Assembly: GCA_964496425.1 (NCBI GenBank)
Contig: CAZBZO010000003.1
Span: 55,728 to 119,727 of the forward strand
Reading direction: 5' to 3'
Source of the DNA: an uncultured Candidatus Saccharibacteria bacterium
Lineage (GTDB): Bacteria; Patescibacteriota; Minisyncoccia; Phycocordibacterales; UBA9973
Length of the DNA: 64,000 nucleotides
This document shows positions 55,143 through 64,000 of the stretch, piece after piece. Position 1 is the first letter of the stretch, and each line of letters opens with the position of its first letter. The notes beneath the pieces were generated by a model, which was not told the origin of the DNA, made no database searches, and saw only the letters and a program-made list of their open reading frames with translations. The position numbers and the translations under genes were made by a program.

Positions 55143-57161
55143 TTACGGGCAGTATTCCCAGAAGTCTTTTGTCACCCCAAAAATAGTCGATCCTGTTCCC
55201 AAATATCCTTTTGAACCAATGGAAAAGCCGATGGCACGAAAACGCGCACTTCCCCCAAAATCTGCTTTCTGTGTCCAAATATTTGTGGCAGGATCATATT
55301 CCCAGAAATCTTTCGAAGGAGTAGTATAATTTATCACCCCTGTTCCAATATATCCTTTTGAACCAATAGAAAAAGAAGTTGCAAAATTCCTTTCTGTTCC
55401 CCCAAAATCAGCTTTCTGTGTCCAGATATTTAAAGTTGGATCATACTGCCAAAAGTCTTTTTTAAAACTATTACCATCGTGTCCAATAGCGATATATCCT
55501 TTCCCATCAATCGAAAGACCAGCGGCTGCAAAGCGCGCTGTACTGAAATCTGCCTTTTGTGTCCACGTATTCGCCATTGGATCATACTGCCAGAAATCTT
55601 TTAGATAGGAATTACTACTGCCGGTACCTTGATATCCCTTACTGCCAATCGAAAAACCGACGGCTCCCTGGCGCGCTGTACTGAAATCTGCCTTTTGTGT
55701 CCACGTATTCGCCATTGGATCATACTGCCAGAAATCACCTGAATTATTACCAAGTCCAATCGATCCTGTTCCCAAATATCCTTTTCCATTTAAAGAAAAT
55801 CCTGTCCCTGCAGTACGTGCACTCCCTCCAAAATCAGCTTTCTGTGTCCAGATATTTGTTGAGGGATCGTATTCCCAGAAGTCTTTAGAGAGAGCAGTGT
55901 CCCAACCCGTTCCAACATATCCTTTCCCATCAACCGAAAAACCGACGGCTGCTTCTCTTGCTGTCCCTCCAAAATCCGCCTTCTGCGTCCAAGTATTCGG
56001 TGTACATGCAAGCGGCGTCACCGTAATTGTCGTCTGCTTGGTGACATTCCCCGGCTGGGCAGTGATAGTAAATGTTTTTGTTTCTGTCAGAGTTCCAGTT
56101 GAAGCAGTACCCGTCGGTACAGTAACTGTTCCAATATTTTGATCAATTAATGCAGAGGTGCAGTTGGTTGTTGCCCATGACAGTGTGGATGAAGATCCGC
56201 TTGCAATCGTGGTTGGATTGGCGATGAAAGTTGAAATAGCACAAGGGGGTGGAGCTGTCACTGTAATGGTTTTGATGGCTGTGATGTTGCCTGGCTGTGC
56301 CGTAAGTTTGTAGGTCGTGGTTTGCGTCAGTGGACTCGTGAGTACGGTCCCAAGTGATACTGGAGTGACAGATCCAACGTTGTTGTCGATAGTTGTGCTA
56401 GTACAGTTGGTAGTGCTCCATTTCAGTGTTGATGTTTGTCCAGAGGTGACGGAGGCGGGCAATGCATTGAAGTAGTTGATTGCACATGGTGGAGGTGCAG
56501 TGACGGTGACAGTTTTGGTGGCCGTGGCAGAGTTGATGGCATTGCTTGCGGTGAGAGTGAAGGCGGTAGTGGTGGAGAGGATCGGAGTAGTGGTGGAGCC
56601 GATGCCGACAGGTGTGACTGGACCGATGCCGGAGATGGAAGCCGCAGTGCAATTGAATGTTTTCCAAGAGAGAGTAGATGTTTGGCCAGTGATGATGGAA
56701 GGTGGTGTGGCAGAAAAAGCTTGGATGACGCATTGGGGTCCGACGGTGACCGTGATGGTAGCGTTGACTACGTTGCCACCATTGGCGGTGAGGGTAAATG
56801 GTGTGGTGGTAGTAAGTGGACCGGTGGAAATTGTGCCGCCGTTGGGATTGACTGGACCGATACCGGAGATGGAAGCAGAGGTCAGACAACCGTGAGTACT
56901 CCAAGTGAGAGTGGATGCAGTGTTGGTGGCAATGACGGAAGGAGTGGCAAAGAAAGAAATGATTTCACAACCGGCAAAGGAGGGATGGGTTTCTTCTTCA
57001 GCTGGGGTGGAAGGGAGAGAGGTGGATTGTTTTTCAATGTTGAGGGCTCTTCCAGAAAAATCACCGCTACGGTCGCCAGAGAAGTAGTAGACCGTGCCAC
57101 CTAAGAGTGCAACAACTGCGAGGAATGCAATGACTTTCAGAGAGTTATATTGTTGATCCAT
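55143..57161 (-). CDS. Large surface protein with an N-terminal TM, about 4 tandem Ig-like domains and about 6 beta-propeller-type 48-aa repeats
   Basis: Ig-like repeats of about 88 aa (PPPCAI..F.A.P..V.SGQTSTL.W.T.NCT...ID.N.G.V...) are followed by repeats WTQKADFGG.AR..A.GFS..GKGY.GTG...KDFW.YDP..N. Confidence 0.6.
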   Translation of the reverse strand: MDQQYNSLKVIAFLAVVALLGGTVYYFSGDRSGDFSGRALNIEKQSTSLPSTPAEEETHPSFAGCEIISFFATPSVIATNTASTLTWSTHGCLTSASISGIGPVNPNGGTISTGPLTTTTPFTLTANGGNVVNATITVTVGPQCVIQAFSATPPSIITGQTSTLSWKTFNCTAASISGIGPVTPVGIGSTTTPILSTTTAFTLTASNAINSATATKTVTVTAPPPCAINYFNALPASVTSGQTSTLKWSTTNCTSTTIDNNVGSVTPVSLGTVLTSPLTQTTTYKLTAQPGNITAIKTITVTAPPPCAISTFIANPTTIASGSSSTLSWATTNCTSALIDQNIGTVTVPTGTASTGTLTETKTFTITAQPGNVTKQTTITVTPLACTPNTWTQKADFGGTAREAAVGFSVDGKGYVGTGWDTALSKDFWEYDPSTNIWTQKADFGGSARTAGTGFSLNGKGYLGTGSIGLGNNSGDFWQYDPMANTWTQKADFSTARQGAVGFSIGSKGYQGTGSSNSYLKDFWQYDPMANTWTQKADFSTARFAAAGLSIDGKGYIAIGHDGNSFKKDFWQYDPTLNIWTQKADFGGTERNFATSFSIGSKGYIGTGVINYTTPSKDFWEYDPATNIWTQKADFGGSARFRAIGFSIGSKGYLGTGSTIFGVTKDFWEYCP

Positions 57162-57268
57162 GGATATGTGATCTTTTGTGAGAAGTTAGGTTGATATGCA
57201 TATATAGTAGCCTGAGGAGGAAGTGAAACAAAGTGGGGTTATGCACAGAGCAAAAGATCGAGCTTTTC

Positions 57269-59920
57269 CTATGTTGCTTTGATGTGCTTCCTGCGATTGC
57301 TTAAATACCGAAACCACAATTTGGCAAGTTCAACTAAGGCAACATTCAACACGAGCCACACGCCGATAAGCCAGAGCCACGACAGTGGCAGGGGGGCAAT
57401 ACCAAAGATATCGCGCATAAACGGTATGGTCATCGTGGCAATCAATATTGCAAAGGCAATGAGAACACTCAGGTTGAGTTTTTTGTTTGAAAAAATATTG
57501 TATGAAAAAAGTGGTCGGTGCAGTGACCGAAACGAAAACGCTACCACCAAAATATACGAGGAAAAACACACGAAAAATATTGACCGCGCTACGGATATGT
57601 CGAGTCCGATTTTAAGGAGCCAGTAATATAAAAAGAAGAGAAGTGTCGAGGTAAACACACCGATGCCAAAAGAAATGAGCTTCACTTCACTAGTAAATAG
57701 ATCTTTGGCAAACGAATGATGGTTTTTTTCTTTGTCCAAATCCTGATCAAACGCAAACGCCAAGGCCGGCAAACTGCCAGTAAACAAATTAACCCAAATG
57801 ATCTGGAGTGCCGTGACGGGAAGCGCAATACCAGCGATCAGGCTGCCGCCGACCACAAACACTTCGTCGAGTGAGTTGGACATGAGATACATAAACGTTT
57901 TGCGCACGTTGGCCAAAATCCGTCGGCCTTCGTCGATCGCCATCGTGATAGTTTGAAAATTATCATCGAGAAGTACGAGATCCGCTGCGCTTTTTGCCAC
58001 ATCAGATCCCGAGCCAAGCGAGACGCCAATATCCATGGCTTTGAGTGCCGGCGCGTCGTTGACCCCGTCTCCGGTCATCGCCACTACTTCTCCTAAACTA
58101 CGGAAAAGCGTACCGATCCGCAGTTTATCTTCTGGAGTCACCCGCGCAAATATTTTGATGCGTGAAATAATTTCGCGGAGTTCCTCATCGCTCATGCTAT
58201 GAATATCGCCACCAGTGATAATTTCGTCATCTGCCACACTCCAACCGAGGTCGGTCGCCACTGCGCGCGCCGTACCTGCGAGATCCCCGGTCATGATTAC
58301 CACCCGCACGCCGCGCCCTTCAATGGTACGGATCGCTTCTGGCACTTCTTCGCGAATCGGATCATGAAAAGAAAGTATTCCTTCCAAGGTGATCCCGGTG
58401 ATCGCTTCCAGTTTGATATGCGATAAATGTCCTTTAGGGAATGTGCCGACAGCAATCAACCGCTCTCCACGCTCACTGGTATCGGCGATCCAGGACTCGA
58501 TTGCAAGATAGGTATCCTTATCAACCGTAGAACGTTTGAGAAGTACATCCGGTGCGCCCATGACAATATATCTGTGCGCATCTGAAGACACGGAAAATTT
58601 ATTAGTGGAATTGAATGGAATATGAAGTTCTGTTTTTTTGAGAAGAGCTTCTCGAACAGGGATGTGATGTGTAACGCAGGCTTTGGCGATATTGACTTCA
58701 AAGGGCCGGCCGACAAAGTGCCACAATGCTTCCGGCTGATTTCCATTCTCCACCACGACATCGATGTTTGAAAGTGCCAGTGTAAGAATATGTTTCTGCG
58801 CATCTGAGAGGTGCGTGATGCGTTCTTTAAACGCAGATTTATACAGTAAGGTATCTACGATATGCACCCCGACCAATTCCATGTCAGCTTTGGTAAGCGT
58901 GCCAGTCTTGTCCGTCATGATCATAGTAGTGGACCCAAGCGTTTCAGACGCCGAAAGGTTGCGCACGATGCCTTTCTTGGCGGCAATGCGTTCTGCTCCA
59001 ACGGCCAGGATCACCGTGAGCGCAATCGGCAATGCTTCAGGCACCGCCCCGACAGCGACCGCAAGGGAGAGCACCAGCATCGCAAGAAGCGGCTCACCGT
59101 TTGAAATACCAAGAAGGAAAATACCTGCCACGATCACTAGCGTGATGCACAAGATAAACCATGATAGTTTTTTGATTCCGGCTTGAATCGGGGTGGGCGT
59201 GCGATCAATCGAAGAAACAATACCGGCGATTTTACCGATTTCAGTGTTACTACCAGTCGCAACAACAACCGCTGTCGCAAATCCTTCAACGACGAGAGTT
59301 CCGGCATGAACCATATTGGTCCGATCGGCAACGAGAGATCCTTCAGGAACAAGCTCTGTCTTTTTTTCAATCGGTAAAGATTCGCCAGTGAGAATCGCTT
59401 CGTCGATCCGTATATTGTTGACCGAGATCAATCGAGCATCAGCTGGTACACGAGAACCATAGGACAATTTGATAATATCTCCTGGTACCAAAAGCGCTGA
59501 GTCAATTTCTTGATCCGCCCCGCCGCGGATGACCCGCGAACGATCTTTGATGTAGGTCGCGAGCTGGTCAAGCGTATGCTCAGCATGATATTCGCGATAA
59601 AATCCAAGTCCGACATTTACGATAATCGCTCCGACGATCACACCCATGTTGATCCATTCACCAAGTATGCCGGTAAGAACTGCGGCACCGACTAATATAA
59701 AAATGAGTGGACTTGTAAATTGTTTTGCGAAAATGCGCGGCGCGCTGGCGCGCTCACGACTTTGAAAATTATTTCCTCCGAAACGCATCCGACGTGTGGT
59801 CGCTTCTACTTCAGAAAGCCCTTCGGGGTGAGTACCAAGCAGATTGTATATATCATCAATTGAAGTGAACCATGGAGCAGGAACTAGATTTTTTTTATCC
59901 ATTATATTTTTTATTGGCAT
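57269..59920 (-). CDS. P-type cation-transporting ATPase (type IIA/IIB, Ca2+/Mg2+-like)
   Basis: DKTGTLT phosphorylation site, TGES, MTGDGVNDAPALKAMDIGV hinge, and 10 TM helices. Confidence 0.9.
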   Translation of the reverse strand: MPIKNIMDKKNLVPAPWFTSIDDIYNLLGTHPEGLSEVEATTRRMRFGGNNFQSRERASAPRIFAKQFTSPLIFILVGAAVLTGILGEWINMGVIVGAIIVNVGLGFYREYHAEHTLDQLATYIKDRSRVIRGGADQEIDSALLVPGDIIKLSYGSRVPADARLISVNNIRIDEAILTGESLPIEKKTELVPEGSLVADRTNMVHAGTLVVEGFATAVVVATGSNTEIGKIAGIVSSIDRTPTPIQAGIKKLSWFILCITLVIVAGIFLLGISNGEPLLAMLVLSLAVAVGAVPEALPIALTVILAVGAERIAAKKGIVRNLSASETLGSTTMIMTDKTGTLTKADMELVGVHIVDTLLYKSAFKERITHLSDAQKHILTLALSNIDVVVENGNQPEALWHFVGRPFEVNIAKACVTHHIPVREALLKKTELHIPFNSTNKFSVSSDAHRYIVMGAPDVLLKRSTVDKDTYLAIESWIADTSERGERLIAVGTFPKGHLSHIKLEAITGITLEGILSFHDPIREEVPEAIRTIEGRGVRVVIMTGDLAGTARAVATDLGWSVADDEIITGGDIHSMSDEELREIISRIKIFARVTPEDKLRIGTLFRSLGEVVAMTGDGVNDAPALKAMDIGVSLGSGSDVAKSAADLVLLDDNFQTITMAIDEGRRILANVRKTFMYLMSNSLDEVFVVGGSLIAGIALPVTALQIIWVNLFTGSLPALAFAFDQDLDKEKNHHSFAKDLFTSEVKLISFGIGVFTSTLLFFLYYWLLKIGLDISVARSIFFVCFSSYILVVAFSFRSLHRPLFSYNIFSNKKLNLSVLIAFAILIATMTIPFMRDIFGIAPLPLSWLWLIGVWLVLNVALVELAKLWFRYLSNRRKHIKAT

Positions 59921-59998
59921 TTCTAAAACCGTATAGGTATATGCCTAGTTCTTACTATACTATATATACAATTCTACAGAAATCTCCCTGACGAAAGA

Positions 59999-60757
59999 TT
60001 ATGCTGACAACCAGTCTCGAAGTATGTGTTTAGTGTCTGACACATTCGCAACTTCCACACACCGAGCTCCCATCTCCATCACCGATGCATCATTACCGCC
60101 CGGGAAAAGAGCATCGCCGACATAGACTAAATCATTTTTTTCGAGATTGAGATATTGGAGAAGATGCGTAAGGCCATACGCTTTATCAATTCCGCCATGT
60201 GTAATATCAAGTGAAGACGTGCCACCGATACTGATAGAGAAATCTGGTAAATATTTTTTGAGTATATCACGCAAAATTGTACGCTTGGTTCCGCCGACAT
60301 CCCATGGACCTTTGACTTCTATCGGCGCTTCACTACCAAATGCTGAAAACGTCACTTGGCTTCCTCGATCTTCAATCTGGATACCATAAATTTTCTCGGA
60401 AACAAAAAATCCTGTTTTATTAAATTCCTCCTTTGTTTTTTCAAAAGCTCCAAATATTGCATGTTTCTCGTCTTCGGTAAGTATATTAGTATAGACTTCC
60501 TGCCAGCCATCTTTATATGCGTAAAGCTTCGCACCGTTGGTCGGCAAAATATATAAATTAGAAAGTGCTGATACTGGCGCATCAAGGTGTGAAAGAAATT
60601 GCTTTTCAAATTGATGATACGCCGCACCAGAAATCACGGCAACTTTCTTTTTTTCTAAAAGTCGAGTAAGAAGCCCTGACATTTCACTATCAATCGGCAG
60701 CTTGCTCTCGGCCAGTGTACCATCAAGATCAAAGGCAATAAGTGATTCATCAATCAT
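59999..60757 (-). CDS. HAD-IIB hydrolase resembling eukaryotic-type phosphomannomutase
   Basis: FDLDGTLA (motif I), VISGAAY and GNDASVM parallel PMM2 FDVDGTLT, VVGGSDY and GNDFEIF. Confidence 0.5.
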   Translation of the reverse strand: MIDESLIAFDLDGTLAESKLPIDSEMSGLLTRLLEKKKVAVISGAAYHQFEKQFLSHLDAPVSALSNLYILPTNGAKLYAYKDGWQEVYTNILTEDEKHAIFGAFEKTKEEFNKTGFFVSEKIYGIQIEDRGSQVTFSAFGSEAPIEVKGPWDVGGTKRTILRDILKKYLPDFSISIGGTSSLDITHGGIDKAYGLTHLLQYLNLEKNDLVYVGDALFPGGNDASVMEMGARCVEVANVSDTKHILRDWLSA

Positions 60758-60758
60758 A

Positions 60759-61232
60759 TCATTTTTTATTTTTCTTCTGATTCAGAACACTTTTCTTCAC
60801 AAGTTCGGAGGAGCTTTGCACCTTGCCACCAAACCCGACATCGTTTACGATAGCGCAGCCGATTTCGTTGCAAACTAATACCTCGGGCGATGGAATATTG
60901 CCTTGATTGCGATCTCCTCCTTTGGCAAAAACGTGGGGGCGAAGTGCGCGCAAATCTTCGCTAATACTAATATCTTTGGTATTTTTTGTATGACTACTCA
61001 AAATCACTCGATCGACAGCCGCGAAAGCTTCGATGATTTCTTTGCGCTCATGCTCGGGCATAAAGACATAGCCTTTTTTGAGCATGAGCCAATTGTCGTT
61101 GTTGATCACTACCACAAGCTCGTCGCCGAGCGCTTTGGCTTCTTCAAACATCCGCACATGCCCAATATGGACTGGATCAAATCCGCCTGAGACCATAACG
61201 ATTTTCTTCTTCTTTCGAGGGGTAGGGCTCAT
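60759..61232 (-). CDS. Cytidylyltransferase-like nucleotidyltransferase (HldE domain II / RfaE-like)
   Basis: VMVSGGFDPVHIGHVRMFEEAKALGDELVVVINND is the GxFDxxHxGH motif plus a (V)INSD-like element, as in ADP-heptose synthase domain II and glycerol-3-phosphate cytidylyltransferase. The start is taken at MSPTPRKKKK. Confidence 0.65.
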   Translation of the reverse strand: MSPTPRKKKKIVMVSGGFDPVHIGHVRMFEEAKALGDELVVVINNDNWLMLKKGYVFMPEHERKEIIEAFAAVDRVILSSHTKNTKDISISEDLRALRPHVFAKGGDRNQGNIPSPEVLVCNEIGCAIVNDVGFGGKVQSSSELVKKSVLNQKKNKK

Positions 61233-61304
61233 TATCCGACTATTGTACAACGCTATAGGCAGAATGTACACGCCGCCGTACACCTGTCCATTTGAAATTA
61301 CATG

Positions 61305-61844
61305 TTAGTTTTTCTGGATTTTTCTCCGCCAGAAAATCAGATAGGCAATAGCAACCCCAACAATGGCACCGATAACCATATAATGAATCTGTTCGCCATA
61401 TGACATCGCGAGGGCTGAAACTGTCGCAGCTTGAATGCGGGACTCGACAAGAAATCCCACTTCCCCGCTAGCCTTTGTCGTCGGATCAATAAAATCAAGA
61501 TCGATATCGAAATAATTTTCTTTGGTGAATGTATATGTAAAATCGAGACTACCATTTACATCAGTTGTCATATCTTGCGAGAAAATTTCTGTATCTTTGC
61601 TTTCATCGCCTGGGAACGTATCGATCAAAGTGAGCGTCACCGGAAGATTTTTCAGAGCTAGATCAGTGGCAGCATCAGTAAAAGTAAAATAAAATTTCAC
61701 TTCTTCTCCGACGAGTGGTGAGAGCGGTTCTTGTTTCAAAAACACTCGCACGTTGTCGTCGTGCTTTTCGACACCGCCGTGAGCACATGCATATCCAAAA
61801 CTTACAAAAAACAAAATGAACACTACGAGCAGTTTATATTTCAT
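61305..61844 (-). CDS. Bitopic secreted protein, hypothetical
   Basis: N-terminal signal/TM (MKYKLLVVFILFFVSFGYA) and a C-terminal TM. The ATG overlaps the upstream MFS stop. Confidence 0.4.
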   Translation of the reverse strand: MKYKLLVVFILFFVSFGYACAHGGVEKHDDNVRVFLKQEPLSPLVGEEVKFYFTFTDAATDLALKNLPVTLTLIDTFPGDESKDTEIFSQDMTTDVNGSLDFTYTFTKENYFDIDLDFIDPTTKASGEVGFLVESRIQAATVSALAMSYGEQIHYMVIGAIVGVAIAYLIFWRRKIQKN

Positions 61845-63004
61845 ATTTTTTTCTCGGTGAGTGTAGAAAGAATAAGGAGCCCGATCACCACGCACACTCC
61901 ACTTATAAAAAGTGCTTGCACAATACCTCCATGTTGCCAGAGATAGCCACCCACAATACCTGCAAACAAAAGTCCAAATCCTGTCGCCGCATTCATGAGT
62001 CCATACGCTCCAGCCCGATCTCCACTTTCCGTAAGGGAAGATGCATAGGCCCGACCGACGCCGTCGGTGAGTGCTGGGAAAAGTCCGAGTACTAAAAATG
62101 CTACCACGAGCATCAGCGTAGTGTGAGATACACCAAGAAGTACATACCCAACCAAAAGAACTATGTAGCCCGTGATCATAACTTTGCGCGCCCCGATTTT
62201 GTCACCTACTTTTCCGGCAGAAATAGAAAAAATAATGTAGGAGAGATTGTAGAGCATGTAAAAAAGCGGGATAGTCGCAAGCGCGAGACCGATGTGTTCG
62301 GTTTTAAGAAGCATGACGGCAACTGGCAGACTACCAAGCGATAAAATAAAAAGTGCGAGCAGAAACCGTTTGAATGATGCTGGATAGTGACTCACCACTC
62401 CCCAAGAAAGTTTTTTGCCACTCCATACACCTCTTACATCTTTCACCAGAAAAATAGTACCCACAGCCAGGAGTCCGACGATAAATGCCGTAATAAATAC
62501 TTTGTTGAACGCCAGCGGATAGGCGCGCAAAATAAGATATGCGCCGAGCGGTCCAAGCAAGGCGCCGGCTGTATCCATGGCTCGATGATAGCCGAATGAT
62601 TTTCCAAGTTCTTCTTTGGGAACGGAGAGCGAAATGATAGCATCGCGTGGTCCTTCGCGCAGTCCTTTACCGACCCGATCCAAAAATCGCAGCCCTGCAA
62701 CGCCAGGTACGGCGCTCATTAATATATAGAATGGCCGAATCGCGACTGAAAGCGCATAACCCGCGAACATAAATGGTTTGCGTTTTTGAATGCGATCGGA
62801 AAATGAGCCGGCATAGACTTTGATAATATTGGACGCGCCGTCGGCAATACCTTCTACGAGTCCGAGTGAGGCTGCACCGGTTTTAAGTACTGAGGTAAAA
62901 AATGCCGGGAAAATGGAGAGAATCATTTCGGAGGAGAGATCGTTGAAAAAACTTACCAGTCCCAACAGAAAAATATTTTTTTGTATGCCGAATATTTTTT
63001 TCAT
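61841..63004 (-). CDS. MFS transporter
   Basis: 12 TM helices, with the GxLxDRxGxR-like motif GSFSDRIQKRKPF. Confidence 0.8.
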   Translation of the reverse strand: MKKIFGIQKNIFLLGLVSFFNDLSSEMILSIFPAFFTSVLKTGAASLGLVEGIADGASNIIKVYAGSFSDRIQKRKPFMFAGYALSVAIRPFYILMSAVPGVAGLRFLDRVGKGLREGPRDAIISLSVPKEELGKSFGYHRAMDTAGALLGPLGAYLILRAYPLAFNKVFITAFIVGLLAVGTIFLVKDVRGVWSGKKLSWGVVSHYPASFKRFLLALFILSLGSLPVAVMLLKTEHIGLALATIPLFYMLYNLSYIIFSISAGKVGDKIGARKVMITGYIVLLVGYVLLGVSHTTLMLVVAFLVLGLFPALTDGVGRAYASSLTESGDRAGAYGLMNAATGFGLLFAGIVGGYLWQHGGIVQALFISGVCVVIGLLILSTLTEKKI

Positions 63005-63060
63005 AACGGTATATTACTAAGTGTATCTTATTTATGAAAAAATCGACGAGGGAATTTTAT

Positions 63061-64000
63061 TTACGGGCAGTATTCCCAGAAGTCTTTACTATAATTCCCA
63101 AAAGAAGAGCTCCCTGTCCCGATATATCCTTTTAAGCCAACAGAAATACCTGTTGCAAAAATACGTTCTCCTCCTCCAAAGTCTGCTTTTTGAGTCCAAA
63201 CATTTGTTACTGGATCATATTGCCAGAAGTCTTTTTTGTACGCAAAGTTTTGATCTCCTGTACCCAAATATCCCTTACTACCGATAGAAAAACCAACTGC
63301 AAGTTGTCGAGCTGTTCCCCCAAAATCTGCTTTCTGTGTCCACACATTTGTTAACTGATCATATTCCCAGAAGTCTTTTAAGTAACCACTATTGTTATTA
63401 TATCCTGTACCAATATATCCCTTACTGCCAATCGAAAAGCCAACGGCTCCTTGACGCGCCGTGCTAAAGTCTGCCTTTTGTGTCCAGGTGTTTGCCATTT
63501 GATCATACTCCCAGAAATCTTTAGCTTGAGTATTATTTAAACTATGATTACCTGTACCAATATAACCTTTTGTGCCGATCGAAAAACCAATTGCAGCATA
63601 ACGAGGATCACCCCCAAAATCTGCCTTTTGTGTCCAGGTGTTTGTTGTTGGGTTATACTCCCAGAAATCTTTACGATCATTACCATCATTCCCCGTACCA
63701 ATATATCCTTTGTTGCCAATAGAGAATCCAGCAGTGGCACTACGTGCAGTTCCACCAAAATCTACTTTCTGTGTCCACACATTCGTTGAAGGATCGTATT
63801 CCCAGAAGTCTTTCTTAAGAGCATTCGAAGTTGATCCCATGCCTATATAACCTTTTGAGCCAATCGAGAAACCGGAAAGAATATTATATCGCTCTGCTCC
63901 CCCAAAATCTGCTTTCTGAGTCCAGGTATTCGGTGTACACGCCAGCGGTGTCACGGTAACAGTGGTTAACGCTGTCACCGTATTGTTGATGCCCGCTGCC
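63061..64000 (-). CDS. Paralogue of the 55143-57161 surface propeller-repeat protein. Partial: the 5' end lies beyond the window.
   Basis: It has the same WTQKADFGG...GFSIGSKGY.GTG repeats and the same TVTVTPLACTPNTW junction. The reading frame stays open to the window edge. Confidence 0.6.
   Translation of the reverse strand, partial: AAGINNTVTALTTVTVTPLACTPNTWTQKADFGGAERYNILSGFSIGSKGYIGMGSTSNALKKDFWEYDPSTNVWTQKVDFGGTARSATAGFSIGNKGYIGTGNDGNDRKDFWEYNPTTNTWTQKADFGGDPRYAAIGFSIGTKGYIGTGNHSLNNTQAKDFWEYDQMANTWTQKADFSTARQGAVGFSIGSKGYIGTGYNNNSGYLKDFWEYDQLTNVWTQKADFGGTARQLAVGFSIGSKGYLGTGDQNFAYKKDFWQYDPVTNVWTQKADFGGGERIFATGISVGLKGYIGTGSSSFGNYSKDFWEYCP

Noticed and set aside
56398-57104. His/Arg/Gly-rich ORFs on both strands (56398-56904 minus, 56436-57104 plus, 56476-56895 plus), which look like exotic low-complexity proteins
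   Set aside because: They overlap the 55143-57161 surface-protein gene in alternative frames and on the antisense strand. Their periodic composition is a by-product of the tandem Ig-domain DNA repeats. Only the 672-aa minus-strand frame has domain structure.

Overview
This is a low-GC, gene-dense window, mostly transcribed on the minus strand, and it looks like a small-genome, salvage-dependent bacterium. Candidate-phyla-radiation (Parcubacteria-like) traits are 1-4 nt gene overlaps, surface proteins with an N-terminal TM anchor and Pro/Thr linkers, and rplK not followed by rplA. Some Bacteroidota-like signals are also present: SAQ/CAQ signal peptides and one T9SS-like C-terminal sorting domain.

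The most striking region is a roughly 11-kb, about 17-gene operon (9099-19832) devoted to pyrimidine-deoxynucleotide, folate and nucleotide-pool-sanitising functions. In order it reads: dUTPase, Nudix, dTMP kinase, a membrane protein, Nudix, NadM-like nucleotidyltransferase, DNPH1/Rcl-like dNMP N-glycosidase, SDR, hypothetical, SHMT (glyA), a diverged dCMP deaminase, divergently a ThyA-family enzyme, a Nudix-like protein with a degenerate box, DHFR, then a HAD nucleotidase-like protein, MazG-like and FolC. In my hand alignment against E. coli ThyA, the ThyA-family protein has Asp at the Asn177 position that decides uracil versus cytosine specificity. I predict it is a dCMP C5-methylase or hydroxymethylase rather than a plain thymidylate synthase.

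Other standout items:
- The isoleucyl-tRNA synthetase (1204 aa) carries a roughly 190-aa histidine-phosphatase (PGAM-like) domain inserted in its catalytic core.
- More nucleotide-metabolism genes lie elsewhere: partial Maf, class I RNR nrdAB with an unusual intergenic inverted repeat, an HD hydrolase, endonuclease V and a PD-(D/E)XK Fe-S nuclease.
- A mannoside-like module is present: cupin PMI-like, GH130, a fused GT4 plus six-hairpin glycoside hydrolase, a eukaryotic-type PMM-like HAD protein and an HldE-like nucleotidyltransferase.
- A secretome island holds tandem Ig-plus-esterase paralogues, a peptidoglycan-binding protein, a TIM-barrel-like hydrolase and a propeller protein with a T9SS-like C-terminal domain. 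Two paralogous giant Ig/beta-propeller surface proteins flank a P-type Ca-ATPase.
- Housekeeping genes include argS, glmS, mscL, a MacAB-like efflux trio, FKBP, secE-nusG-rplK and two MFS transporters.
- A GC-rich 290-nt intergenic segment (5041-5327) that ends in a terminator-like hairpin is a candidate structured RNA.
- Several long A/T-rich bidirectional terminators sit between convergent or tandem genes.
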